Positions 37,731 through 46,930 of a stretch of 64,000 nucleotides of DNA are shown piece after piece (positions within the stretch are counted from its first letter, which is position 1; each line of letters opens with the position of its first letter). The position numbers and the translations under genes were made by a program. The notes below the pieces were generated by a model that ran no database searches, had not been told where the DNA came from, and saw only the letters and a program-made list of their open reading frames with translations. The stretch comes from Phenylobacterium sp. (GTDB taxonomy: Bacteria; Pseudomonadota; Alphaproteobacteria; Caulobacterales; Caulobacteraceae). The stretch is from assembly GCF_024508875.1 (NCBI RefSeq), contig NZ_JANINU010000355.1, forward strand, positions 1,027 to 65,026. The letters run 5' to 3'.

Positions 37731-38516
37731 ATGCTTCGCCTGTTCCTGTCGGTCGACATGGTCGGATCGACCGAGTTCAAGGCCCGTTTCACCGGCCAGG
37801 GCTCCGAGGGCTGGCTGGGCATCTTCCAGACCTTCTTCACCAGCTTCCCACTGATGGCTGCCGGCCAGATCGGCATCGAGTTCCTGGACGACGACGCCAC
37901 GCCGGCGATCGACGTCTGGAAGGTCATGGGCGACGAGGTGGTGTTCGTCTGCCAGCCGTCGGCTCCGGAGGAATTGACCTCGATCCTGATCGCGCTGCTG
38001 CGGACCATGCGCCTCTACGAGGAGCGACATTTCGAGAAGCTGCCCCTTCGGCTCAAGGGCACGGCCTGGCTGGCCGACTTCGAGGGTCAGAACATCCAGA
38101 TCGAGATCCCGGAGCTGTCCAGCGGGACGGGCGCGCACCTCGATTTCATTGGCCCCGACATCGACCTGGGCTTCAGGATCAGCAAGTTCGCCAAGCCCGG
38201 CAGTCTCGTGATCTCGCTCGACGTGCTGGAGATCGTCCTGGGCGCACGCAACGCGGACAGGGCGGCGCTTTACGTCATCGGGCGCGAGCCGTTGAAGGGC
38301 GTGATGTTCGGTCGGCCCTATCCGATCGTCTGGATGCGGGCGGCCGACGACGGCTTCTCTTTCCTGCCGTGGGAGGTGGAGCAGGACCCGCTGATGGCCC
38401 GGGCGATGAACATGTCGCCTGCCTCGCCAGAAGACCTGCGCCGCCTGATCGAGGACATGCGCCACTTCCTGCGCAAGATGCACGGTCGCGACCGTCCGCC
38501 GCTCAAGCTCGGATAG
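37731..38516 (+). CDS. Stand-alone class III nucleotide cyclase-like protein
   Basis: SVDMVGST (metal Asp 1), WKVMGDEV (Lys plus metal Asp 2), DFIGPDIDLGFRI (D..G..xN/D.xxR). Confidence 0.7.
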   Translation: MLRLFLSVDMVGSTEFKARFTGQGSEGWLGIFQTFFTSFPLMAAGQIGIEFLDDDATPAIDVWKVMGDEVVFVCQPSAPEELTSILIALLRTMRLYEERHFEKLPLRLKGTAWLADFEGQNIQIEIPELSSGTGAHLDFIGPDIDLGFRISKFAKPGSLVISLDVLEIVLGARNADRAALYVIGREPLKGVMFGRPYPIVWMRAADDGFSFLPWEVEQDPLMARAMNMSPASPEDLRRLIEDMRHFLRKMHGRDRPPLKLG

Positions 38517-38524
38517 CGGGCCGT

Positions 38525-40153
38525 TCAGCCCTCGTAGCGGACGACCAGGATGGCGATGTCGTCGGACTGCGGCGTGGCCCCGACAAATACCCTAACATCG
38601 CCGGCCAGCCCCTCGGCCAGGGCCCGAGCATCGGTCTCGGCGCGCGCCGTCGCCAGCGCGGTCTCGATGCGGCCGGTGGTGAACAGCTCGTCCTCGGCAT
38701 TGGCCGCCTCCGAGACTCCGTCGGTAAACAGGACCAGCGCATCGCCAGGGTTCAGCCTGAAGGTCGCGGCCGGGTAGGGCGCATCCTCGATCACCCCCAG
38801 GGCCATGCCCTTCAGTTTCGGCAGCCGCTCCACCTTGCCGTCGGCGCGCCGCAGGAACGGCGCCTCGTGGCCGCCGTCCGAGTACTCCACAGTCCCGGTT
38901 CGCAGGTCCAGGATTCCGCAGAAGGCGGTGACGAACATCTCCTGGGCGTTGTCGCGCGCCAGCTCGTTGTTCACCCGAAACATCACCTCGGCGACCGAGT
39001 TCGCCGAGAGCGCCGTCGCTTTGAAGAGTGTGGTCGTCATGGCCATGAACAGGGCGGCCGGCACGCCCTTGCCGGAGACGTCGCCGACGACGAAAAACAG
39101 CCGGTCTCGGTCGAGCAGCGCGTAGTCGTAGAGGTCGCCGCCGACATGCTTAGCCGACTCCAGCAGGGCGAACAGGTCGAGGTCGCGCCGTTCGGGGAAG
39201 GGCGGGAAGACCCGGGGCAGCATGCCCACCTGGATGTCGCGCGCGGCCGACAGCTCGCCCTCGACCCGTTCGCGGGCCGCGGTGGCCTGCTGCATCTCCA
39301 GCAGATAGCGCTGCAGGCGGGCGATCATTGCGGTCATGGCCTCGGCCAGGCTGCCGACCTCGTCGGGGCGTCTGCGGCTGATGGCGTTCATGGCCGCCAG
39401 CTCGCGCTCGTCGGGTTCGAAGTTGCGCTGGCCCATGTTGCGGGTGAATTCGGTGAGCCGCATCAGCGGTCCGACGATGCGGTCGACCAATAGCCAGCCG
39501 AGCGCCATCGATAGGGCGAACATCGCGGCGCCCACGCCCACCGACAGCTCCATGGCGTCGGTCAGGCGCTTCTTCACCATGGCCAAGTCGACGTCGGCCC
39601 CGACGACATAGGTGCGCTCGTCCACGCCGCGTACGGGCAGGTAGATCGAGCGAAACCGTCCGAAGCTGTCGCTGTACTCGTCGTAGCGCACCTGAAGGTC
39701 GTCGAAGCTCTTCTTCAGCGTGTCCGGCGCCGTGTCGTAGAGCGCGAAGAACTTCGTCTGGTTGCGGGTCTCGATCTCGCGTGGGGTCGCGCTGGTGGAG
39801 ACGGTGCGGATCTGATCGCCGAACCGCATGTAGGTGTAGACGTAGACCAGGTCCGAGCGGGCGGCGAAGCGCGACAGCCGGTACTGCAGCCGGTCGTACT
39901 CGGCCTCGGGGATCGAATCCGGACCGATGATGCGGGCGTGATACTCATCGGGGACGATCTCGTTCACCGCCAGGACCGCCGTCAGCAGGCGCCCGTCGAT
40001 GCCGGCCATGATCTCCTTGCGGTCGATGTTGTAGAGCATCGCCGAATAGGCGCTGGCCGAAATCAGGCTGAGCGCGAACAGCAGGAGCAGGAGCTGCGTC
40101 TTCAACCCGAACCGCCGGCGGCGCGCGGCCATCTCTGCGGCGGGCTCGGTCAT
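38525..40153 (-). CDS. Membrane sensor-HAMP-PP2C (SpoIIE/RsbU-type) phosphatase
   Basis: Two TMs flanking a Cache-like periplasmic domain, HAMP (DEVGSLA), intact PP2C motifs GGDLYD, GDVSGKG, FTDGV, DDIAIL. Confidence 0.93.
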   Translation of the reverse strand: MTEPAAEMAARRRRFGLKTQLLLLLFALSLISASAYSAMLYNIDRKEIMAGIDGRLLTAVLAVNEIVPDEYHARIIGPDSIPEAEYDRLQYRLSRFAARSDLVYVYTYMRFGDQIRTVSTSATPREIETRNQTKFFALYDTAPDTLKKSFDDLQVRYDEYSDSFGRFRSIYLPVRGVDERTYVVGADVDLAMVKKRLTDAMELSVGVGAAMFALSMALGWLLVDRIVGPLMRLTEFTRNMGQRNFEPDERELAAMNAISRRRPDEVGSLAEAMTAMIARLQRYLLEMQQATAARERVEGELSAARDIQVGMLPRVFPPFPERRDLDLFALLESAKHVGGDLYDYALLDRDRLFFVVGDVSGKGVPAALFMAMTTTLFKATALSANSVAEVMFRVNNELARDNAQEMFVTAFCGILDLRTGTVEYSDGGHEAPFLRRADGKVERLPKLKGMALGVIEDAPYPAATFRLNPGDALVLFTDGVSEAANAEDELFTTGRIETALATARAETDARALAEGLAGDVRVFVGATPQSDDIAILVVRYEG

Positions 40154-40265
40154 CGTGCGGCGGCGCCTGTGTGTGAGGGTTCGGGGAATCCCCGCTAGTC
40201 TATAGAAAATTAGGGCGCGGTCGTTAACGCGGTGCGAGCGGCGGGGGCCGGGTCTGAGGAAGAAC

Positions 40266-42899
40266 GTGCAGGTCTTCTTGAACCGCCTGTTCCGGGTCGA
40301 GCGCGGCGAGTGGCCGAAGCTCCTGCAGTTCGGCCTGTTCGGCCTGCTGCTGCAGACCGGCATGGGCATCGGGTTCGCCGCGGGGGACGCCGCTTTCCTC
40401 ACGCACGTGGGCTCCGACAAGCTGCCGGTGATCTTCCTCCTGACCCCGGCGGTGATGATCGTCTACACGGCGATCTTCTCGTATCTGATGGTCCGCTTCT
40501 CCATCGACCACGTCGTCGACGTGACGCTGGCGGCGCTGATCGGGGGAGGCGCCGTCCTCTGGGGCCTAATCCAGATCGGGTTGCCCGAGCCGTTCCAGAC
40601 GGGCCTGTACTACGTGCTGAAGCTGTACCTCGCCATGTGGTACATCGCGCTCTACTCGCTGTTCTGGAATTTCACCGACGCCTATTTCGACATCCAGGAC
40701 GCCAAGCGGCTGTTCCCGCTCTTCGCCGCCTTCTGCGCCCTGGGGACGACCGTCGGCGCGCTGATCGTCAGCGGGCTCGCCGCCGTCATACCGATGCACG
40801 GCTTCCTGCTGGTTTGGGCGGGTGTCGCCCTGGCCACCGCCCCGGTGGCCGTGATGCTGCGCCGGCGCTGGCAGCGGATCTCCGACAGCGACACCGACCT
40901 GGACGGCGAGGACTCGGGCGTGGTGAGCCAGCTCGTCCAGGTGGCCAAGGCGTTCCGCGGTTCGGGCTATGCGGTCGCCCTTGTGGCGACCCTCTTCGTC
41001 ACCCTGCTGATGACCAACCTGGCCGAGTATCAGTACTCGACCGTCCTGCAGAAAGGGCGCTCGGAAGCCGACCTCGCCAAGCTCTTCGGCGAGCTCTACG
41101 CCGGCGCCAGCGTGTTCAACCTCGTGATCTGCCTGTTCGTGTTCAACCGGCTGGTCACGCGGATCGGCGTGCGCAACGTGGCCCTGGTCCTGCCGCTGAC
41201 ATATTTCGCGGTCTTCGCCTACTTCTTCCTGGCGGGCGGCGCGCCGGCCGCCTTGGCGGCCTTCTTCGCCTATCACGGCGTCCTGACCTCGATCGAATAC
41301 AACAACCAGAACCTGCTGTTCAACGCGACGCCGTCGCAGGTGAAGCGGCCCTTCCGAACCGTGGTGGAGGGCCTGGCCGAGCCGCTGGCCAGCCTGCTTT
41401 CGGGCGCCTTCCTGCTGCTCGCGGCCAAGAACGCCGACATGCGCGAGCTGTCCGGCATCGGCCTGCTGCTGGGCGCGGCCCTGATCGCGGTGGTGATGGC
41501 CCTGCGCCATCTCTATCCGGCGGCGATGGAAGCCAACATGCGGCGCGGCTGGCTGAATTTCGGCGACCCCAGCCTGCACGCGCCGGCGTTCGATGCGGAG
41601 GCCGAGGCGGCCCTTCGCGGCCGGCTCGCCGGGGCGGACTCCGGCGCTGCCGCGGCGGCGCGCGCGCTCCTCAATCCCCCGTCCCGGCAGGTCTCCGCCC
41701 GTGAGGACGCGCCCGATGCGTCCGACGCTACCGAGGCGTTCGCCGCCAGGCTGGACGATCCTTCGCCCGCTGCGCGGCGCTCGGCGCTGCAGGCGCTGAC
41801 CAGTCTCGTGGGCCCGGGCGACATCGGCCTGGTGGAGCCCTTGGCGCGTATTCTGCCCGCGATGGATCGCGAGAGCCGCGGAACCATCCTGCAACTCCTT
41901 GGCGCCATCGGCGACGTGGAGGCGATCCCGCAGATCCTGACGGCCGCCGCGCGCCTCAGCCCGCGCGAGCTGCGCGCGGTCGAAGCCCTGCTGGTGGGCC
42001 TCGGCGAGGCGGCGATCCCGCGCCTCATGCAGGCGCTCACGAGCTATCAGACGCCCTACCGGGCGCGGGCCGTGGCGGCCCGGGCGCTGAGCACGCTCTC
42101 GCACGCCCAGTTCGTCTCCCAGCTCGACAAGCTGGTCCGGGAGGAGCTGGACGAGACCAGGCGCCGGCTGGCGGTCGCCGCACGCTTCGACCGGGAAGCC
42201 GGTCGCTCAGCGGCGCTCGGCCTTCTGGCGGAGGCCTATCGCCAACAGATCGGCGAGTCCGTGGACTTCACGCTGGAGTTGCTCGCCCTTGGCGGTCTGC
42301 TGCCCGACTTCGACCTGCTGATCGTCTCGCTGCACTCGGCCAACCCGAAGGTCCGCGGCAATGCTGTCGAGACCATCGCCAGCGGGGTCGGCCACGCGAC
42401 ATGGCGGCGGCTCGATCCCCTGATCCGGCGCTCGGGCGAGACCGCGCCGGCGCTGGGCGAACTGGCCCACCTGCTGAAGGCGGCGGTGGCGGGTGGGCGC
42501 GGCTTCGAGGCCGCCGCCGCGGCCCAGGCGCTGCGCGAGATGGTTCCGCCGGGAGAACTGGCCGCCGCCCTGCGCGACGGGCTTCGTCCCGGGATGGCGC
42601 CCATCTTCCGCGACAGTTTCGCCAGCCTGCTCGCGCTCGACTCCGGACGTCCGACGGTGGTCGACCTCGTGGCGGCGGTGCGTGCGAGCCCCGACCTCGC
42701 GGCTGCATCCATCGACGCCCAGGTGGCGCTCGCCGAGCGCGCCACGCCGGAACCGCCCGCCCGCCGTCCGGTGGAGCTGCGGCTGGCCGGACGTTCGTTC
42801 TGGCTCAGCCGGGCCGACGTGGACGAGGTGGCCGCCCGCTACGCCGACCTCGCGCTCAGCATGCTCAAGGCCAGGGACGATCGATCCTATGCGCTCTGA
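40266..42899 (+). CDS. NTT/TLC ATP-ADP translocase-like transporter fused to HEAT repeats
   Basis: About 12 TM N-terminal half (LFWNF..YFDIQDAKRLFPLF, RIGV), Ala/Leu-rich HEAT repeats (VRGNAVE), C-terminal cNMP-like remnant. Confidence 0.75.
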   Translation: MQVFLNRLFRVERGEWPKLLQFGLFGLLLQTGMGIGFAAGDAAFLTHVGSDKLPVIFLLTPAVMIVYTAIFSYLMVRFSIDHVVDVTLAALIGGGAVLWGLIQIGLPEPFQTGLYYVLKLYLAMWYIALYSLFWNFTDAYFDIQDAKRLFPLFAAFCALGTTVGALIVSGLAAVIPMHGFLLVWAGVALATAPVAVMLRRRWQRISDSDTDLDGEDSGVVSQLVQVAKAFRGSGYAVALVATLFVTLLMTNLAEYQYSTVLQKGRSEADLAKLFGELYAGASVFNLVICLFVFNRLVTRIGVRNVALVLPLTYFAVFAYFFLAGGAPAALAAFFAYHGVLTSIEYNNQNLLFNATPSQVKRPFRTVVEGLAEPLASLLSGAFLLLAAKNADMRELSGIGLLLGAALIAVVMALRHLYPAAMEANMRRGWLNFGDPSLHAPAFDAEAEAALRGRLAGADSGAAAAARALLNPPSRQVSAREDAPDASDATEAFAARLDDPSPAARRSALQALTSLVGPGDIGLVEPLARILPAMDRESRGTILQLLGAIGDVEAIPQILTAAARLSPRELRAVEALLVGLGEAAIPRLMQALTSYQTPYRARAVAARALSTLSHAQFVSQLDKLVREELDETRRRLAVAARFDREAGRSAALGLLAEAYRQQIGESVDFTLELLALGGLLPDFDLLIVSLHSANPKVRGNAVETIASGVGHATWRRLDPLIRRSGETAPALGELAHLLKAAVAGGRGFEAAAAAQALREMVPPGELAAALRDGLRPGMAPIFRDSFASLLALDSGRPTVVDLVAAVRASPDLAAASIDAQVALAERATPEPPARRPVELRLAGRSFWLSRADVDEVAARYADLALSMLKARDDRSYAL

Positions 42900-43977
42900 C
42901 GGCACGCCGATCAAAACCCTGCTGTGGCGGACGATCACTCCCGCCATCCTGGTGCTCGCCGTGGCCCTTGGCGCGCTGGTCTACAGCCGGCTGTACGAAA
43001 CGATCCTGGACGGCTTCTCGCGCAAGCTCATCGCCACAAGCGCGCTTACCGGAGCCCTCATCGACCCCGCCGATCACGACTTCCTGCTGCAGGCGGCGAT
43101 GGTCAAGGCGCCGGCCGACGCCGTCGAGGCCATGCCGCAGTACCGGCGCAACGTGGAGCCGATGCGGCGCATCCGCCGTGAACTGGGGCTGACCTACCTC
43201 TACTCGCAGGCGCTGGGCGGATTGAAGGACGTGGTCTACGTCTTGGACTCCACGGTCGGGGACGAACACTCTACCTTGGGGTCGGAGGACGAACTGACCC
43301 CCGAGACCCGGGCCGGCCTGCGGCGCACGATGGACGGCGGCCCGATATACGTGTCGCCGATCGAGTTCCAGGAGCACTGGGGCCTGCTGAAGACCGCCGC
43401 TGCGCCCATACGCGACCGCGCGGGGAAGATCGTGGCGACGGCCGGGGCCGACGTGAACATCTCGGTCATCGAGGTCGCCACCCAGAACGCCCTGTTCGCC
43501 AGCGCCCTGATCGGCGTGGCGTCGCTGGCGGCCTCGGCGTTCGTCACCTTCCTGATCGTGCGCTGGGTGGCGGCGCCGATTGAAGGCCTGAAGGCCGACG
43601 CCCTGCGCATCGCCGCGGGTGATCGCGCTCCGCCGGCGCGCCTCAAGGGCCCGCGGGAGGTCTCCCGGCTTCGCGACGACCTCGGCGAGTTGGCCACACA
43701 CCTGACGACGGCCATGCGCCAGGCGTGGAGCGATACGCTGGCTGCCGACCGCGTGCGAAACTCCGCGCGCCTGGAAACGGCGCTGCCGCCCGCCGTGCCG
43801 GTCAACTTTCCGGACGGCGCGGTTTGGAGCCCTCTCGACGACGGCCTTGAGGCGCGCCTGGAGCATCGGGCCATGGCGGACCTGGCGCGCCGCGTCGCCG
43901 CCGACCCGGCCCTTGCGAAGGCCTGGCGAGGTCTGGCGCTCGTCGTACACGGCGAGCTCACGGACGCGTCGGCATGA
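42889..43977 (+). CDS. Membrane sensor (Cache-like plus HAMP) without a recognisable output domain
   Basis: TM-periplasmic (LTYLY..WGLLKTAAAPIRD..AGADV)-TM-HAMP (REVSRL), then a short tail. Confidence 0.75.
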   Translation: MRSDGTPIKTLLWRTITPAILVLAVALGALVYSRLYETILDGFSRKLIATSALTGALIDPADHDFLLQAAMVKAPADAVEAMPQYRRNVEPMRRIRRELGLTYLYSQALGGLKDVVYVLDSTVGDEHSTLGSEDELTPETRAGLRRTMDGGPIYVSPIEFQEHWGLLKTAAAPIRDRAGKIVATAGADVNISVIEVATQNALFASALIGVASLAASAFVTFLIVRWVAAPIEGLKADALRIAAGDRAPPARLKGPREVSRLRDDLGELATHLTTAMRQAWSDTLAADRVRNSARLETALPPAVPVNFPDGAVWSPLDDGLEARLEHRAMADLARRVAADPALAKAWRGLALVVHGELTDASA

Positions 43978-44363
43978 TCGGCGTCGATGTCGTCCAGCGC
44001 CTGTTCGCCCTGCGCGAGGCCGGGCCCTTCCGCCGGCTCGATGACGCCGAGCTGCTGCTGATCGCCCGCCACGCGCGGCCGCGCGCCTATGGCCCCGGAA
44101 AGCTCGTGCTTCCCGCGGGGACGGTGGCCGAGGCGCTGTTCGTCACCCTGGCCGGACATGCTGAGACGGCGGGGAGCGCCGCGCCGGCGGTGTTCGATGC
44201 GCCGGGGTTGCTGTTTGGCCTCGCCGTACGGACCGACCACGTGGCGGGGCCCGACGGACTGGAGGCGCTGGTCATCGCAAAGCCGCACGTCTTCACCATC
44301 GCCCGGGAATGCCCCGAGTTCGTCGTCGGCCTGCGCGATCTGCTGGACGGGGCCGCCGGATGA
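43974..44363 (+). CDS. Stand-alone cyclic-nucleotide-binding (Crp-like) domain protein, degenerate
   Basis: LREAGPFRRLDDAELLLIA..YGPGKLV..G..LFV..G; ATGA overlaps on both sides. Confidence 0.7.
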   Translation: MIGVDVVQRLFALREAGPFRRLDDAELLLIARHARPRAYGPGKLVLPAGTVAEALFVTLAGHAETAGSAAPAVFDAPGLLFGLAVRTDHVAGPDGLEALVIAKPHVFTIARECPEFVVGLRDLLDGAAG

Positions 44364-45604
44364 GTATCCGTCGCACCTTCCTGCTGCTGATCGCGCCCCT
44401 GTTCCTGCTGTTGGCGGGTGTGAACGGGGCGCTGCTCTACATCTGGGAGCGGGCCGAGGCCGAACGGGGCCTCGCCAACCAGGCCATCGCCGCGGCGGTC
44501 ACGGTAGCGGCGTTCGCCGACGCCTCCGAAGACCTTGCGCGCGCCTTGGCCGATCCGGTCCGCGGCGCGGCGCTGAGCGATGCCGTTCGGCGGGTGAAGG
44601 GGCTACAGGGCCTTTACCTCGTCAGACCCGATGGCCGGACGTTACGGCTCGCCGGCGACCCGTCCCGCGACTGGCCAGGCCGCTTCGAGACGCCAAGGAC
44701 GCCGGCGGCGGCCGGCGTCAGAGCCGATTCCAAAGGTCTTCGGCGCGCGACTGGCCTGGCTCCGGTGAGGGGCGGGGGCTTCGTGATCGCCCAGATCGAC
44801 GCCGAGCCGCTGTTCGCCCAGGTGAAGGGTCTTCAGAGACTGGTGGCCGGACTTGTCGCGGCCGCGGGCCTCGTCGGCCTCGTCCTGGCGCTCGCGATCT
44901 CGCGGATCATCACGGGCGAGCTGGCGCGCAACAGCGGCGCGATCGCGGCCATCCGAGCCGATGGGTCGGCTCAGACCACGGGGCGCTTCGCGATCCGGGA
45001 GACCGGAGACCTGGCCCAGGCGGTCCGGCTCATGGCGACAGGTGTGGCCAGCCGCATCGCGCGAGGACGGCGCGAACTGGCCCGGCGCGATCGTGCGCGG
45101 GACGAAGCCGTCAGCGCCGCGGCCTACCGCGACGCGGCCTTCCCCGCGGAGGCGGCCGAGGCGGCGGGCGCCAGCGTCGCGATGCGCGTCATGGGCGGCG
45201 CTCCCCCAGGCGTATTCCATGCGCTGTCGCTGGTCGCGGGACGCGCGGCGGTGGTCGTCGGCGAGTGCGGCGGGGAAAGCCCCTCCGCCGCGCTGGCGTC
45301 GGCCCTGGCGGCCAGGCGCCTGTTCGAGGCGCGGCTGGCGGGCGAGGGCGAAGCCTTGATCGCGCAGGCGACCGCCGCGTTCGGGATCACCCGCCTCGCA
45401 TGGCGGGCGTGGGCTAGCGGCGATGCGCCTTCCGGATTGCTTTTGGTGATCGACGGCGACAAGGCGCAGCGCGCCGAAGTCTACGACGCCGCTGCGGCCC
45501 AGCTGGGGGCGGCGGCCGTCCTGGACGACCTGTCGACGCTGCTGGAGCCGGTGGGTGTCGCGGCGGCGATCCGGCCGCGGTCAGGCCAGCGCGGCGAGGG
45601 CTGA
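44360..45604 (+). CDS. Membrane sensor-HAMP protein with degenerate PP2C-like domain
   Basis: Two TMs, HAMP-like (IRETGDLA); AVVVGECGGESPSAALASA aligns by eye with FVVGDVSGKGVPAALFMA of the neighbouring phosphatase. Confidence 0.6.
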   Translation: MSIRRTFLLLIAPLFLLLAGVNGALLYIWERAEAERGLANQAIAAAVTVAAFADASEDLARALADPVRGAALSDAVRRVKGLQGLYLVRPDGRTLRLAGDPSRDWPGRFETPRTPAAAGVRADSKGLRRATGLAPVRGGGFVIAQIDAEPLFAQVKGLQRLVAGLVAAAGLVGLVLALAISRIITGELARNSGAIAAIRADGSAQTTGRFAIRETGDLAQAVRLMATGVASRIARGRRELARRDRARDEAVSAAAYRDAAFPAEAAEAAGASVAMRVMGGAPPGVFHALSLVAGRAAVVVGECGGESPSAALASALAARRLFEARLAGEGEALIAQATAAFGITRLAWRAWASGDAPSGLLLVIDGDKAQRAEVYDAAAAQLGAAAVLDDLSTLLEPVGVAAAIRPRSGQRGEG

Positions 45605-45913
45605 CTCCACGTCGAGCTCGATGGCGAAGATGCTGGTGAAGCCCGAGATGTCGAACACCTCCTGGACGGAGGCCGACAGGCCGGTCAGCACCAGTTTGTG
45701 GCCCTTGCCACGGGCGGCCTTGGCCCCGATCAGCAGCACGCGCAGCCCCGCAGAACTGACGTAGGGCACCTCCGCCAGGTCCAGGACCACCTTCTCGCTC
45801 GCCTGGACGCGCGGAGGCAGGACGGCCTCCAGCTCTCCGGCCGAACCGGAATCCAGCCGCCCGGACGCCGTGAGCAGGAGTACGCCGCCGCGGGTCTGTT
45901 CGTGGATCTGCAT
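45581..45913 (-). CDS. STAS anti-sigma-factor antagonist (RsbV/SpoIIAA-like)
   Basis: GRLD, VVLDLAEVPYVSSAGLRVL (phospho-Ser motif), VFDISGF. Confidence 0.93.
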   Translation of the reverse strand: MQIHEQTRGGVLLLTASGRLDSGSAGELEAVLPPRVQASEKVVLDLAEVPYVSSAGLRVLLIGAKAARGKGHKLVLTGLSASVQEVFDISGFTSIFAIELDVESALAALA

Positions 45914-46018
45914 GGGACACCTCGCGGGTCCGGCCTTCGCGCGGCCGTTGAGATAATTCGCGGGCCGACTAGACTGGCAACCGTGAGTCCCCGCAAGGGC
46001 CCCGAGCCGGCGAGCGCT

Positions 46019-46465
46019 ATGGAACCCGACTTCGCCCATACGCTGCCTCCCGGCGGCAAGGGCCCCTCCGTCCTGCTCGACACCCTGGAAGAGGAACTGG
46101 CCGGCCGCGGCGTGCCCATGGCGACGGTGAGTTCCGTCCTGCTGGCGGTGGACGAACTCGTCAGCAACGTGCGCAACCACGGCGGAGCGGATGCCTCGGT
46201 GGAGGTGGCTGGGCAAGTCACCGATGAGCAGGTCACCCTGACGATCACCGACGATGGACCCGCCTTCGATCCGCTGGCGGCGGAGGCTCCCGACACCACG
46301 CTGGGCGTGGATGAACGCGAGGTCGGCGGCCTGGGAATCCATCTCGTGCGCCGCATGATGGACCGGGTGGTCTACCGGCGCGTGGGCAACCATAACTGTT
46401 TGCAGTTTTCCAAGAGCTATGCGCCACCGTCGCCTTCCCGACAGAGGGCGGGCGGGACATCCTAG
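46019..46465 (+). CDS. Anti-sigma factor/Ser kinase (RsbW/SpoIIAB-like)
   Basis: DELVSNVRNHG N-box, DDGPAFDP, GGLGIHLV G-box. Confidence 0.92.
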   Translation: MEPDFAHTLPPGGKGPSVLLDTLEEELAGRGVPMATVSSVLLAVDELVSNVRNHGGADASVEVAGQVTDEQVTLTITDDGPAFDPLAAEAPDTTLGVDEREVGGLGIHLVRRMMDRVVYRRVGNHNCLQFSKSYAPPSPSRQRAGGTS

Positions 46466-46471
46466 GGCGAT

Positions 46472-46930
46472 ATGCCGACACCCAACGAATCGCAGGCCCG
46501 CGGCGCGCCGGATGAGGCCCTGGAAGTCTGTGACACGGACTCCGAGTACGGCCTTGGCGTCCGCACGCTGAGGGCGCGGCGCAAGGGCGAGGTGATCCAC
46601 CGGTTCACCGGCGTCGTCGGGCCGGAGCTGAAGCAGCACAGCCTGCAGGTCCAGCCGGGGCTGCATATCTCCGAGACCAGTATCATCGGGTTCTTGTCGC
46701 ATAGCTGCGACCCCGACTGCCGGCTCGACATGGAACGCTCGGAGCTTGTGGCGCTTCGCGACATCCCCGCCGGCGACCTGCTCACCATCGACTATGCTGA
46801 GACCGAGGACGTGCTGTTCCGGCAGTTCGCCTGCCACTGCGGCGCGCGGACCTGCCGCCACTGGATCACGGGCCGCCTCGAAGGGCCGAACGCGGAGGGG
46901 CGGGCCTACATCGCCCGGCCGGCGCCTTGA
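46472..46930 (+). CDS. SET-domain methyltransferase with post-SET Cys cluster
   Basis: GLGV, SHSCDPD (NHSCxPN variant), LTIDY, CHCGARTCR. Confidence 0.88.
   Translation: MPTPNESQARGAPDEALEVCDTDSEYGLGVRTLRARRKGEVIHRFTGVVGPELKQHSLQVQPGLHISETSIIGFLSHSCDPDCRLDMERSELVALRDIPAGDLLTIDYAETEDVLFRQFACHCGARTCRHWITGRLEGPNAEGRAYIARPAP

Noticed and set aside
37731-38516. Cyclase as a Pycsar anti-phage system
   Set aside because: No co-transcribed cNMP-TM or cNMP-TIR effector, and adenine-type Lys/Asp residues are retained; not formally excluded without a product assay.
40266-42899. NTT-like gene as evidence of an intracellular/energy-parasite lifestyle
   Set aside because: The HEAT-fused form occurs in free-living bacteria, and the window carries intact biosynthetic and catabolic genes.
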